A DNA stretch of 64,000 nucleotides from Histomonas meleagridis 2922-C6/04-290x. Lineage: Eukaryota; Protista; Parabasalia. Made by a program: the position numbers and the translations under genes. Where the stretch lies: NCBI GenBank assembly GCA_020184695.1, contig JAANOX010000241.1:310001-374000 (forward strand), read 5' to 3'. Below the pieces are notes generated by a model. The model was not told where the DNA came from, made no database searches, and saw nothing but the letters and a program-made list of their open reading frames with translations. Numbering within the stretch: the stretch's first letter is position 1; every line of letters starts with the position of its first letter. Shown piece after piece: positions 19,683 to 31,085 of the stretch.

Positions 19683-20756
19683 ATGGGGGAAAACATGATT
19701 TTTCTCCTTTTTGCACAGATCATATTTTGTTTTCCTACATGTACAGAAACTATAGAATTAAATAATTCTTTTGTGGAAAAGATAAATATTTCAATAGATA
19801 ATAATTCAACTCTATGCATTCGAAGTTCTCGGTATTTCTATGTTGTTTTTAACAAGTTTGACAACTGTACAATTACCATTGATTATCTAAGTGACAATGT
19901 TGAAGATTATTCGTTGAGGACATATACATATGATTTTAAAACTTTTTCTCCACCATTTGTGGATTTTTCAACAAAAGGCGGTATTGCAAGTATCACGTCA
20001 ACGACCAAAACAAATGTTATTCTTCATGCATTTCATTTACATGAACAATGTGTCGGGAATTTTTATGTATCAAATAAAAGAAGTGACACCGTACAAATGT
20101 CAACCTCAGGTGGCGTAAATCAAATTAGTGAAAATATGCATATGTGTATTTTTATGGTTCCAACAGATATGAATTCTTTACATGTTTCCACAATTTTCCC
20201 AAATGATGACTACAGATTATCATTATATAACTCCACTTCCTTTATCAAAGACTTCAATACTTCCTCTGAACGTTATATAATTACGACTCCAGTTTTCATC
20301 ATATTTTCAACATCAAATCAAATACATGGCGAATCATATTTTTATCTTCATTCAACTTCAGGGTCACCTCTTGAAAGTACTATTGCCTATGGAGAATTTG
20401 TTGAACCATTCTCTGGTGATTTTTCTGAGCCATTACCTTTAAATATTGTTGTTTCTGTCTTTCCATCAGTTTTTGTCGTAATAATCGCAATAATTATAAC
20501 TTATTGTATGATAAAACGAAGAAAGAAAAAATTGGAGGAAAAACAAATTCAAGAAGATCTTCAGAAAAACGGATCAAACATAAACCTTTTAGACGAAAAT
20601 AACTTAGGAGAGAACATTCAAATAGACACGATGACTCAACAAACCCAATATGATGAAGAAATAGATTCATATGAAATATCAGATGGTGACTCATCAAGTT
20701 TCATATCGGTTCAAGCTGAAATTGATGATCGTCCTTCTTTCTTTGCGAATAAGTGA
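19683..20756 (+). CDS. Type I membrane protein (signal peptide, single TM, acidic cytoplasmic tail)
   Basis: Hydrophobic N-terminus MIFLLFAQIIFC; TM IVVSVFPSVFVVIIAIIITYCMI followed by KRRKKK. Confidence 0.75.
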   Translation: MGENMIFLLFAQIIFCFPTCTETIELNNSFVEKINISIDNNSTLCIRSSRYFYVVFNKFDNCTITIDYLSDNVEDYSLRTYTYDFKTFSPPFVDFSTKGGIASITSTTKTNVILHAFHLHEQCVGNFYVSNKRSDTVQMSTSGGVNQISENMHMCIFMVPTDMNSLHVSTIFPNDDYRLSLYNSTSFIKDFNTSSERYIITTPVFIIFSTSNQIHGESYFYLHSTSGSPLESTIAYGEFVEPFSGDFSEPLPLNIVVSVFPSVFVVIIAIIITYCMIKRRKKKLEEKQIQEDLQKNGSNINLLDENNLGENIQIDTMTQQTQYDEEIDSYEISDGDSSSFISVQAEIDDRPSFFANK

Positions 20757-20908
20757 CCTTTTATAAGCTTAACAGATTTTATTTTTTTTTATTAGTAAAA
20801 AATTTAAATTGTATCATTTGTCAAACGATAGAGACCGTTAGTCGATTTTCTATACTTTATTCGCGCTCACAATTTTCAATGTCCGATAATTGAGAAGCAG
20901 AATTATTA

Positions 20909-22708
20909 ATGAGGAGAGGTCCACCAATGGGATTTTTCAGGCCTCATGGGTCTGCAGATGAGGTAACAAAGAAACTTACGGGCAGGGAATGGTTATGGCT
21001 ATTTCGTTATATGGACAACAAACTTTTATATCTATTATTTGTTGTACTTGGAGCTGTTTCTTTCTCATCTATGTATGTAACATCACTTATCCAAGGTCAA
21101 TTAACCACTGTATTAGTTGGTACTGATTTTGATACACCTCAAGAGTACACAGAAGCAACAAATAGTATCATTACAATTTTATTATACGCAACAGGAGGGA
21201 TTTTTATCCTTCATCTTCTTAATGATTTTGTTGAATCCAAAGTAGCGCCAGAGTTTTTACGTAGTCTTAAGATGTCAGTTTTACATTCGATCTTATATCA
21301 AGATCTAAGTTATTATGATTATAATCAAACCGGTATTATATTATCACGTCTTGAAGATGATGTCAACAGTGTCTTTGATGCATATACCTTCAAACTCATT
21401 TCGTTAGTTCGATCCATAGCCAACTTTATCTTTGGTTTATTCATATGTTTATACTATAGTTGGAAAGTCACTCTTATAATTATGGCCATGTTACCCTTAT
21501 TTACCATTTGCCAAAACATCGGCAGCACGAAAATCGATGATTATTGGCTTGAGTATAACACATGTTCCACAAACGTCACAACCAAATCGGAAGAAATCTT
21601 AACCAATTTCCGCACAGTCAAATCGTTTGACATGGAAAACACCGAATACAAAGAGTATAAACAAACATTAAATGCTGTTCATGAAGTCATCAAAAAGACA
21701 TCCAATGCGCATGGTACGAAAGAATTCTTTAACACAATCATACATGGACTAATGTCATCCGTTGTCTTATACACATGTGGCACAATGTCCTACAAGAAAG
21801 AAATAGCTCCGGGCTCAATCTTAAACATCACGAACATCATTGTAGGTTGGAGTGTCTCATTTTCGGGCATATTTTCCACATTTTTAGACCTTAAGAAAGC
21901 GAATGTATCAGCGTCGAAGTTACTCGACATATTACAACTCGAGCCTAAGATACCATTACATGAAGGACGAAAGATAGCACGTGTTCGCGGAGAGATCGAG
22001 TTTCGGAATGTTAAGTTTTCATATCCACAACGTGAACAAAATGCTCTTGATGATTTATCATTTAAAATTAATCAAGGCGAGACAGTTGCGATAGTAGGGG
22101 AAAGTGGATGTGGTAAATCTACAACGTTATTATTAATGCAAAGGTTTTATGATGCGAAAGAAGGCGAAGTATTAATCGATGGAATTAATGTTAAAGAACT
22201 TGAGCCAATATCACTTCGATCACATATCGCTATAGTACCACAATCGCCAATTATGTTTAAGATGTCGATTGAAGATAACATTCGCTTTGGTAAACCGGAC
22301 GCATCTTATGAACAAGTCGTACGCGCGGCACGAATTGCGAATGCGCATTCATTCATTGTCGAGATGCCGAAAGGCTATAAAACGAAAGTCGAACAAAACA
22401 GTTTAAGTGGCGGCCAGAAACAACGAATTTGTTTAGCAAGAGCAATATTAGTTGGCGCTCCGATATTATTATTAGATGAAGCTACAGCTGCTCTTGATAC
22501 AGAAAGTGAACGTCTTGTGCAAGAAGGACTTCAAAATTATCGAGTCGGTAAAACGGCAATTGTCGTCGCGCATCGTTTAGCTACTGTTAAAAACGCGTCG
22601 AGGATTTTAGTGATGGACAAAGGGAAAATAGTCGAAACAGGTACACATGAAGAGTTGTTACAAAAGTCGGGATTTTATGCGCATTTAATAGCTCATCAAC
22701 TTCAATGA
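20909..22708 (+). CDS. ABC half-transporter, ABCB (MDR/TAP-like), TMD-NBD
   Basis: Walker A GESGCGKST, signature LSGGQKQR, Walker B ILLLDEATAALD, H-loop AHRL, and an N-terminal TM domain. Confidence 0.95.
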   Translation: MRRGPPMGFFRPHGSADEVTKKLTGREWLWLFRYMDNKLLYLLFVVLGAVSFSSMYVTSLIQGQLTTVLVGTDFDTPQEYTEATNSIITILLYATGGIFILHLLNDFVESKVAPEFLRSLKMSVLHSILYQDLSYYDYNQTGIILSRLEDDVNSVFDAYTFKLISLVRSIANFIFGLFICLYYSWKVTLIIMAMLPLFTICQNIGSTKIDDYWLEYNTCSTNVTTKSEEILTNFRTVKSFDMENTEYKEYKQTLNAVHEVIKKTSNAHGTKEFFNTIIHGLMSSVVLYTCGTMSYKKEIAPGSILNITNIIVGWSVSFSGIFSTFLDLKKANVSASKLLDILQLEPKIPLHEGRKIARVRGEIEFRNVKFSYPQREQNALDDLSFKINQGETVAIVGESGCGKSTTLLLMQRFYDAKEGEVLIDGINVKELEPISLRSHIAIVPQSPIMFKMSIEDNIRFGKPDASYEQVVRAARIANAHSFIVEMPKGYKTKVEQNSLSGGQKQRICLARAILVGAPILLLDEATAALDTESERLVQEGLQNYRVGKTAIVVAHRLATVKNASRILVMDKGKIVETGTHEELLQKSGFYAHLIAHQLQ

Positions 22709-24072
22709 GTTGGGATTTGTTGTTGTTGTTGTTGTTCTTGATTCATCGTTAATAATTCATATGGCCAATGAAGATAAGTCATAATAAAAACATAAATGTT
22801 TTGAATGGAGTACGTTAGGACAAAAGAAAGTGAAGTGTGCGATAGGAATTTGAACGGTGTCAGAATGAGTTTTGTGAGGAGTAACACAAAAATTGATATG
22901 ATCGAAACGGTTGTGTAAACTGAGAATTTGTATCGTTCTGTGGCGTCAGTTTTTGCCCCTGAAATTATGATAACTTTGATGAGCCAAAATATATAAATAA
23001 CTTCAAAAAGTAAATGAATTAAATTGACAGAATATTTAAAGGTATCGGAAAACATGTTTTCGATATAGGTGACTTGTGAATCAGAAATAAATTCATGGAA
23101 AATTTCCACAAATAAAAATGGTAAAAAGAAAATTATTTTAATTATATAAAATAATTTGTCTATTTGTCGATTCTTAAAACATAACAAATCAAATAAAATT
23201 AACACAAATAATTGTAAAAAAATGGTGAAAAATGAACGAGATAATATATCAAAGATAACACCAAATGTTGTCGTCTCAAGAATTTGGATAAAATAAAATG
23301 GATCATCAGCTGCAAAACAAAAGATAAGTAAGAAAAAGATAAGCTTTTGTTCAAGATGCCAAAGTTTAAACTTTTGACCTATTCGTTTATAAAATATAAT
23401 CGAATAAATTAAACAAATAAATCCATAAAATAATCGAAAGCCAACTTGGAGATTTTGTTGCGATGGATTACCCATTTTCCATATCGACCGAATACTAATT
23501 ATGTTCTTAATTTTACTAATGTCTATTTTGACACCAATTGAATCATATGTGATTAATCGATCTGTATAAATGTCATGTGAGAAACTAAAGAAATGTCCAT
23601 GTTCAATGGTATAATCTAAATACTCTTTTTCTTGGGCTTCAGAGCCTTTAAATTTGACTATTAAAATGGGAAGCGTAACTTGATCTGGAATTTTTGGAGT
23701 TTCCTTCCCTGATAAAAATATAACATTGAGTTGAATAAAACGATTTGAACGTCTTAAGTTCTTGGCATAAAATGCTACTGAGGTTTGATTCTTTGAAATT
23801 TTTTGTTTTGAACTTGTAATTATTTCAGAAGAAGATCCGAAGAAACCAAGTACAACAGAAACTAAAAATAAAATTATAAAAAGAAAAAAAGGATATGAAT
23901 TTTCAGCAGGTCCTGTACAATCTATTCTCATCAATGTTTCTTGGCCAAGATATTTTTCTATTTCTAAATCTACAAAAGAATCAAGGCTAATATCTGAATC
24001 ACTTTTGGATTGAAATTCTTCTTTATCTTCTTCATTTTCTGAAGGATTTTCGAAGAATTCTTCAGGTTCCAT
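22702..24072 (-). CDS. TMEM181: TMEM181/GPR178 (Wntless-like) multipass membrane protein
   Basis: N-terminal TM, luminal domain, then about 7 TMs including WHLEQKLIFFLLIFCFAADDPFY (TMEM181-like EQKW...NDPF). Confidence 0.6.
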   Translation of the reverse strand: MEPEEFFENPSENEEDKEEFQSKSDSDISLDSFVDLEIEKYLGQETLMRIDCTGPAENSYPFFLFIILFLVSVVLGFFGSSSEIITSSKQKISKNQTSVAFYAKNLRRSNRFIQLNVIFLSGKETPKIPDQVTLPILIVKFKGSEAQEKEYLDYTIEHGHFFSFSHDIYTDRLITYDSIGVKIDISKIKNIISIRSIWKMGNPSQQNLQVGFRLFYGFICLIYSIIFYKRIGQKFKLWHLEQKLIFFLLIFCFAADDPFYFIQILETTTFGVIFDILSRSFFTIFLQLFVLILFDLLCFKNRQIDKLFYIIKIIFFLPFLFVEIFHEFISDSQVTYIENMFSDTFKYSVNLIHLLFEVIYIFWLIKVIIISGAKTDATERYKFSVYTTVSIISIFVLLLTKLILTPFKFLSHTSLSFVLTYSIQNIYVFIMTYLHWPYELLTMNQEQQQQQQIPTH

Positions 24073-24220
24073 TTAATCGTTTTTCATGTCACATATCACG
24101 AAAAGTGTGAAAAATGTTTGTAAAATTATTCATTAATTTTGTAATGAAGTCATTAAAAGAAACTAAGACCAATTGGCCTGAAGTGATAATTTTTTCAAAA
24201 AAAAAGGAATTAAATGAATT

Positions 24221-25303
24221 TTATGCAATTGAACTACTAATTTGAACAGGTGGTACATTTGCCGGAGTTGCACCATTAATAATTTTCACAGCATTTGGAC
24301 CTTCTATTGGTGCATATTTTATATTTTTTTCGTTCATACTTAATTGACCGAAAACTGGATTTGGTACTTTCAACACAGTTTTCTCTGGTATCAAATAAGC
24401 TCTCATTGTCTGTGTCACTCCGAAAGAAACAACGTTACTTTCCTTATCGAAGCATAATACTATATGTGATGGATCTTGTTTATCTGATGGTATCTCTACA
24501 ATAACATATTCATCTTTATCTTTGATCCTTGAAATGAGTTTTGACTTTAGTTTTGGCCGCATTTTCTCAATAACAGATGCGCGTGTGCATGCACGTGTTA
24601 TCCGATCTTGAAGGCGCTGTAATGATTGTGTTGCTGCTGCCCATCCTTGTGTTACAGCCATTGCTTCTTCATAATATTTCATGGCGCTCATGAAATCGAG
24701 AAGAAGTTCACAAACGGTTCCGGTGTTCATAAGTGTATCGGCGTTTTTGGACTCGCCATTGGCTATGGCAAGTTTAAATGCCTTTAAAGCTTTCTTAATG
24801 TTTGGAAGCCCAGATCCTGATAAATATGCAATTCCAAGATTACCCCAAGCTTTTCCATTTTTCATGTCAAGTTTGACAGCTTCATTTGCGTATTCAAGAG
24901 ATTGCTTAATGTCCTTTTCCTTCTTTCTTCGCATACATAATGAAAGTAATATATATATTTCTGCTTTAGGATTTAATGTCTTAGCAAAGTCTAATGGTAC
25001 AACTGCTTCATCTGCTTTTCCATCATGAAGTAATGTCTCGGCTAGACATATCCAAACGTCAACATTGGTTGGATCTAATTTAGCAATATTTTCAAATTCA
25101 GTTGTTAAAGCAGCAAGGTCTGTTGGTTTCCCTGCTTTGTGCATAATTAGTTTTAATTTGTTTAAAAGAAAATTGTTTGATTCAATTTCAGAAGACATAA
25201 TTAATTCATCACATTCATTGAGAATTTGTTTCTTTTCATTGAGAGATTCTTCGTTACTTTGAACGCGATTCCAAAGTTCATTTATCTTTTCTTCAACAGA
25301 CAT
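24221..25303 (-). CDS. TTC5: Tetratricopeptide repeat protein 5 (TTC5/STRAP)-like
   Basis: TPR helices (DVWICLAETL, GKAWGNLGIAYL, NADTLMNTGTV...AMKYYEEA...GW) followed by a beta-rich OB-like C-terminus. Confidence 0.65.
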   Translation of the reverse strand: MSVEEKINELWNRVQSNEESLNEKKQILNECDELIMSSEIESNNFLLNKLKLIMHKAGKPTDLAALTTEFENIAKLDPTNVDVWICLAETLLHDGKADEAVVPLDFAKTLNPKAEIYILLSLCMRRKKEKDIKQSLEYANEAVKLDMKNGKAWGNLGIAYLSGSGLPNIKKALKAFKLAIANGESKNADTLMNTGTVCELLLDFMSAMKYYEEAMAVTQGWAAATQSLQRLQDRITRACTRASVIEKMRPKLKSKLISRIKDKDEYVIVEIPSDKQDPSHIVLCFDKESNVVSFGVTQTMRAYLIPEKTVLKVPNPVFGQLSMNEKNIKYAPIEGPNAVKIINGATPANVPPVQISSSIA

Positions 25304-25399
25304 TATTGAACCTTCAGCCGGTTTAAAAAGTGACGAAAAATTTTAAACGTCCACTAAAAATGACATGTTATGTGAACTTCTAATAACATCACAAATGGC

Positions 25400-26749
25400 A
25401 TGCATTATAAGCAAGCTTCTGTTTTACTAAGCCCTGATAAAAAAAGGGTTAAAAATTTAGCATCTACCGAAATTGATGGTCAAAAAGAAAAACATTTATA
25501 TTTTATTGAATGCTTAAATGAAACAAACCCAGATGATTTAAAGAAATACTGCGAAATATTCCCAGAACTATCCAAAGATATACAACCAAGCGATATTCCC
25601 AATGAAGTTGTTGGTAATATTTTAGCAAATTTTGTTTCGTCTGAACCATCAATTCAACAAGAAGCCCTTACATCAGCTATATTATGTTTATCTGTTTCAG
25701 AATCATATGCTATTGGACTGTGCAAACTCGAAATTTTCCCAATAATCCTCAACAAAATAGGAAATCTTAATTCCAATATTTCAAGTTTTCTAAGAATTCT
25801 TGGTAATTGTTTTATTGGAATTCCTCCTGAAGCTTGTATTACGTATGTCACTAATATTGTCAACTTTTTCCCACAAATAATTGAAATCCAAAATAATGAA
25901 AATAATATTATTTACTCCTGGCTAAAATGTCTTTATGGATATAGTACAACATCAAATGCAACAAATCCAGGCATGCAAATAGTTTTACAAGGGATTCAAC
26001 AATATCTTTCATACCAAAATCAATTAGAAACCAATCCATCTGACAACATAAGAACTCTTATTTTTGCAATTTTGCTTATTTGTGTTGATGAAGAGAGAGG
26101 GTTTTGTCTAAATATTTCACAAATTATTTGTAACAGTTTTTTTGGAACTAAGGAGAACTACTTGAATCCTTTGACTTGCAATGAGCTAAAAATCAATTTT
26201 ATTCTATTATCTGGTGCTCTTCTAGATACAAAATTCAATCCATTTGAATTAACATGTTTTGATGCTCTTTCATTCTTCAATGAAAACGAAACACTTCGCT
26301 CTTCTTCGTTTTGGCTATTGGAAAAGTTGATTAATTTTTCGGATGAAATGGCAGATGAGTTTATTAATTTAGATCTAACAATGTTTTCAAATGATTTTGA
26401 GAACCAAACCTTTGATGAGAAGAAGGAAACAGCATATTTATTTATTCTTGTTTTCGACAAAGTTGTTGACAAACTTCAATTCTTTATGGAGAACGTTTAT
26501 TTGTTCGTTAATTTTTTAACGGTCGAAACCGATTTAGTTAATGCTGATTTGCAATGCATTTGTGATTTATTGATAAACTCTAATCTGGATAACGAAACAA
26601 AAGCAAATGTCATCGGTAAATTAATGAAATTGGATATTGGCTTTTATTTAGATGACCTGAAGGAAAATCAGGAAATTAATCAGCAGCTCGTACTTGCTAT
26701 TGAGAACGAAATCAAGCTTTCTCAAGAGGGAGAAGAAGAATCACTTTGA
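25400..26749 (+). CDS. ARM/HEAT-like helical repeat hypothetical protein
   Basis: 449-aa ORF with a leucine-rich amphipathic helical pattern. Confidence 0.6.
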   Translation: MHYKQASVLLSPDKKRVKNLASTEIDGQKEKHLYFIECLNETNPDDLKKYCEIFPELSKDIQPSDIPNEVVGNILANFVSSEPSIQQEALTSAILCLSVSESYAIGLCKLEIFPIILNKIGNLNSNISSFLRILGNCFIGIPPEACITYVTNIVNFFPQIIEIQNNENNIIYSWLKCLYGYSTTSNATNPGMQIVLQGIQQYLSYQNQLETNPSDNIRTLIFAILLICVDEERGFCLNISQIICNSFFGTKENYLNPLTCNELKINFILLSGALLDTKFNPFELTCFDALSFFNENETLRSSSFWLLEKLINFSDEMADEFINLDLTMFSNDFENQTFDEKKETAYLFILVFDKVVDKLQFFMENVYLFVNFLTVETDLVNADLQCICDLLINSNLDNETKANVIGKLMKLDIGFYLDDLKENQEINQQLVLAIENEIKLSQEGEEESL

Positions 26750-27363
26750 CAAATGTGAATTTAATAAAATATTTTTTCATTATAAAATACTTATTCTTCA
26801 TAAAACATATGGAATCTTCAAGATGTCTAAATGAAATTAATTTATATAAAGTCTTCATTTATCTAAAGTAATTTTAATGATAAATTTTGAAAATACAACG
26901 TGGACCAGATTTACAAAAACTAAATGATGAATTTATACCAATTTTGTAGAGATAACTGCTTTTATGTTAGACCTTTTTGATCGTCGAAGGCTGAACAGAG
27001 GAATGTTCTCTCTAAACAAGTTCTGATTAGTCTGGTTTAATGCTTAAGCATTTAGGAAATATTGTTCCTGAGACATCGTTGGAGCATTTCAATGACTGTG
27101 AAAATATTCTTATTGAATTTGTGCCTTGTATTGGGATAAATTTTATTCAAAAAGTTATTTTACCAGTGTTGCAACACCTTTTTTAAGTTCACATATGGTA
27201 AAAAGCTTGTATTTTATCATACTTGGTTTATGCTTTTGTCATGAATGTAAATTAAATGAAGAGCGAAGTTCATATCATATAAATTCAATTCGAAATTACA
27301 AATGTGATCAAAGTATTTCATTTACAACTATTTATCAAGAGAAATTGTTTGCAGCACCGTGTG

Positions 27364-30065
27364 CTTGACAGAAACAAGCACCCTCTTTCAAAATTGAAAT
27401 AAAACATATAATTTGAATATTATCAAAAACCTCAAAACTATGACTGATATTTTCGATTATTTTTTTAGAAATGGAAATTAACTGAATATCTAGCATCAAG
27501 GCATCAAATATTAACACTGAAATCAAAATGCGTGGTGTTATTGTTAGGATTAGCAACGTAACGAAGAATAAATTCAGATTACAAGAATATGATTCCAATT
27601 CAAATGATTTTCCGAAATGCATCCTCTGTTCGTATGACAAACTAGTTGATATAGAAATTAACATAGAAGACTATGTTGAAGTTGATGGAATTGTTAAATT
27701 CAATCAACAATTGAAGGAAATTTATGTTGAGGTGAAGAGTGTGAAAATTATTACTAAAGAAGAAGCAGATATTCACCTTATTTCAAAAATAAATTCGTTT
27801 TTTAACCCAAATAATTCACAAATTTTAATTGATGATACAATGTCGGGTATTGTTGAAATATTATTTAATAGAGCTTGTGAAGAAGGTTTTAAGTTAGTTC
27901 AAAAAAGATCAATTAAAGAAGAACGATTAACATTATTTTGCAATCAGCATACACATTATGGAAAAAATGATGATTTAAATAGTGAATGCGAGTTTAAAAT
28001 AAGAATTGGCTCATATATAATTGATAATAAAAGAAAATACAATGTTACAAGTTTCAATTTACATCACAATCATTATCTTAATCCATTTATATATGCTCAT
28101 TTAGCATTAGATGATAAAATCCAAAAATCAATATGCAATATGCTAGATATTGGGATTAAACCAAATAAAGTTTAACAATTAATTTCTATTCAATATGGGG
28201 TTACATTGTCTCGAGAACAAATTAATAGTATTTATTCTAAAAATAATAAATTAAAATGTCATTATAAATATTTGAAAACTCAGAAATTAATTGATTATTT
28301 GAATTCAATTGAAGGACAAACATTTGTACTTCAGAATGTAGATGATGAAAATATTATTCATAGTAAAGCAGTAGCAACTTTCACTAAATATGAATCCCAA
28401 AACTTATCTTTATATTCTGATTTTCTTGCAATTGATCCAACATTTGCCAGTTTGACAACAAATTGGTCTATTATTCCTCTAACAGTCATTGGACCTGAGA
28501 GAGAAATTAGAAGTGCAGGTATAATTTTCACATATTCGTTAAAGGCCGAAATTTTTTATTGGATATTAAAATTAATATGCACTGAACTTCCAAGTGCAGG
28601 AATTTTACAAACAATTTGTTCTGATGATGATGTTGGTCTTGATGGAGCATTTACTTTAATACAAAAGTAAGATGATAATGAGTTAAAAGAAAAGATCAAT
28701 AAAATACAGCGTGTTATTTGTTTTTGGCATAAAATGTCCACTTTATTTAATATTCGAATTCACATAATTTCCCTGATGACCAAAAGTCTTATTTAATAAA
28801 TAAATTTCGATATATGGGAATGACAAGAAACAAATCTATTGCACTATCAATTTTTGAAGAATTAAAATCAATTTCTCAAATTTCTAAATATTTAGAAGAT
28901 AATGTATCAAAAAAGTTGAATTCAATATGCAAAAGTCTCATTAATAGTTTTACTTGCGGCTATAATACTAGTTCAATTGCAGAGTCATCAAATAGTCAAC
29001 TAAAAAACATATTACCAGATAGAAAATTAAGTAAAATAGAAGTTCGTTTATTTATTACTGAAAGTCATCAACAATCATTTAATGAAAGGAAGTATATTAA
29101 AGGAGTAAAACCACATAAATTAAAAGAATCAAATGTAATTACAATTATGTCAAAATTAAATGTTTCTGAAGCAATTGCAGAAGCGATCGCAGGGTCATGG
29201 AAAAAGGCCAAAACATTAAAAGGAATGCTTCTTTGTGATGATTATATATTTAATGAAGAATACACATTAAAAAATGGAGAAAAATATTCTGAGATATTTG
29301 AGGTCCATGATTTAATCTGTAATTGCAATAAACAATTACAAGTTGGTATCCCATGTTCACATATAATTAATGTTCTAGAAATGAATAATTTAAGCGTAAT
29401 AGATAATATTAAAATAGCGAACAGATGGGTACTAAATCAGCAAAACTTTATTTATCATCATGAAGGTTCAAAATCTTTCGAAAAAATTACTTATGGAATC
29501 ACACATTTAAGTCCTCAAGAAGGATTTGTTTTACTTCGGGCAAAGGGAACACCATTATATGAATTGGCAAGTAGAAGTCAGGATAAATTCGAAAAAGCTA
29601 TGGCTTCTTTAGATTCTCTAGAAAAAGAACTAAATAATGAATCAATAGAACAGATTGCTACTGATGAAATAGGAATTAGAGCCGGAAGAGGTAAAATTAA
29701 TAGAAATACGAAAAAAGTTAATCCACGTCAATGTCTCATCTGTTCAAAGCCGCATAATACAAAAAGATGCCCCAGAAGAGGTGAAGTACTTAAATTTGTT
29801 CAAGAAGGTGGCTCAATCTTTGGATTAAAGCATTGTTCAATATGTAATCAAATCGGGCATAATTATAAAAAATGCAAAGCTAAAGAAGCATGGTTAGAAG
29901 CTATTCGATAGGGTGAACTCTTTCCAATTGAATAAATTTGTTTTGCTTAATTTTATTTGTATTGTTTTTATTTTATATAATAATTTTGTTATCGTGTTAG
30001 CTTTACATAAATACGTTTATATCAGTACTGATACTTTTTCAAAGAGGGTGCTATTTGTTTATGAG
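27364..30065 (+). mobile_element. Mutator-like (MULE) DNA transposon, 2.7 kb, decayed
   Basis: Direct repeat CACCGTGTG at 27355-27363 and 30066-30074. Imperfect 30-bp TIRs (27364-27393 / 30036-30065; 21/30 match, core AGCACCCTCTTT). Encloses a transposase pseudogene. Confidence 0.85.
27528..29911 (+). pseudogene. MULE transposase pseudogene (OB-like N-terminus, FAR1-like zinc domain, DDE core, SWIM, zinc knuckles)
   Basis: FC..C..HHNH; LAIDPTF (D); CSDDDVG (D); CFWHK; AESSNSQLK (E); SWIM CNCNKQLQVGIPCSH; CxxC..H..C knuckles. In-frame stops at 28173 and 28668, plus a frameshift near 28800. Confidence 0.9.
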
Positions 30066-30954
30066 CACCGTGTGCTCTGGAAATGTACCCATTTATCAAA
30101 GTGTTAATTGAGAGGTTATTCATTCTATTCATGTAAGAAATTGCGAACTGTTAATTTTGGTAAAAATATATTAGAAATTGGAGATAGGGTATATATATAT
30201 TGTTCTAGTATAAAAGAAATTATTATTCCATACTCAGTAACTTCAATAGATGAAGCATCTTTTTCTGAATGCAGCAGCTTAGAAATTGTGATCATAGGAG
30301 AAAACGTAGCCACGTTGGGAAGATGAATGTTTGAAGATTGTACATCATTAAGAAACATTACAATCCCAAAATCTGTAACAACAATTGGTTGGAGGCCATT
30401 CATTGGTTGTACACGTCTTTTGTTTATCAATGTTTCCAAAGATAATGAATATTTCTCTAATTTAAATGGCGATGGAATTCTTTATGATAAAAATATTACA
30501 CAATTAATTTCATATCCAGCAGGACTTCCAAATGAAACTTTGGAGATTGCACCTACAATTACTTCAATTGCAACCTCTGGTATTCGCTCATGTTATAATA
30601 TTTTATATATGGTTATTCCAAATTCTGTGGTTGTTCTGAATGATTTTGCTTTATATTTAAATTCAAATATGGAAACAGTTTGAATGTTTTCTCCAAGTTC
30701 AAACTTTAGGTAACTCAGTATTTAGATCTTGTACCAGTCTTAAATGTATATATATTTTATGGTAAGAAGGAACCAACTTATGGAACACTGCTTTTTAATA
30801 GTTTCCTGCAACGACAGTGATGACATTAGATTTATATGAAGAAGAAACATTTGGTGGATTAAATGTAACAAAAGGAACTACGATTGATGAATGCGCTCCA
30901 TGGGGAACAAACACATTCACAATATCAAATACATATTCACAAAGTAACACATTT

Positions 30955-31085
30955 TCTAATTCAAAGCACATTTGCAAAATCTAACACATTTTCTAAATCA
31001 AATACATTTGCAAAATCTAATACATTTTCTAAATCAAACAAATTTACTAGATCAAATTCATTCACAAAATCAAATACATTAACAA
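30955..31085 (+). repeat. 18-bp coding tandem repeat, (A/S)KSNTF stalk
   Basis: TCTAACACATTTTCTAAATCAAATACATTTGCAAAA-type units; about 6-7 copies. Confidence 0.85.
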
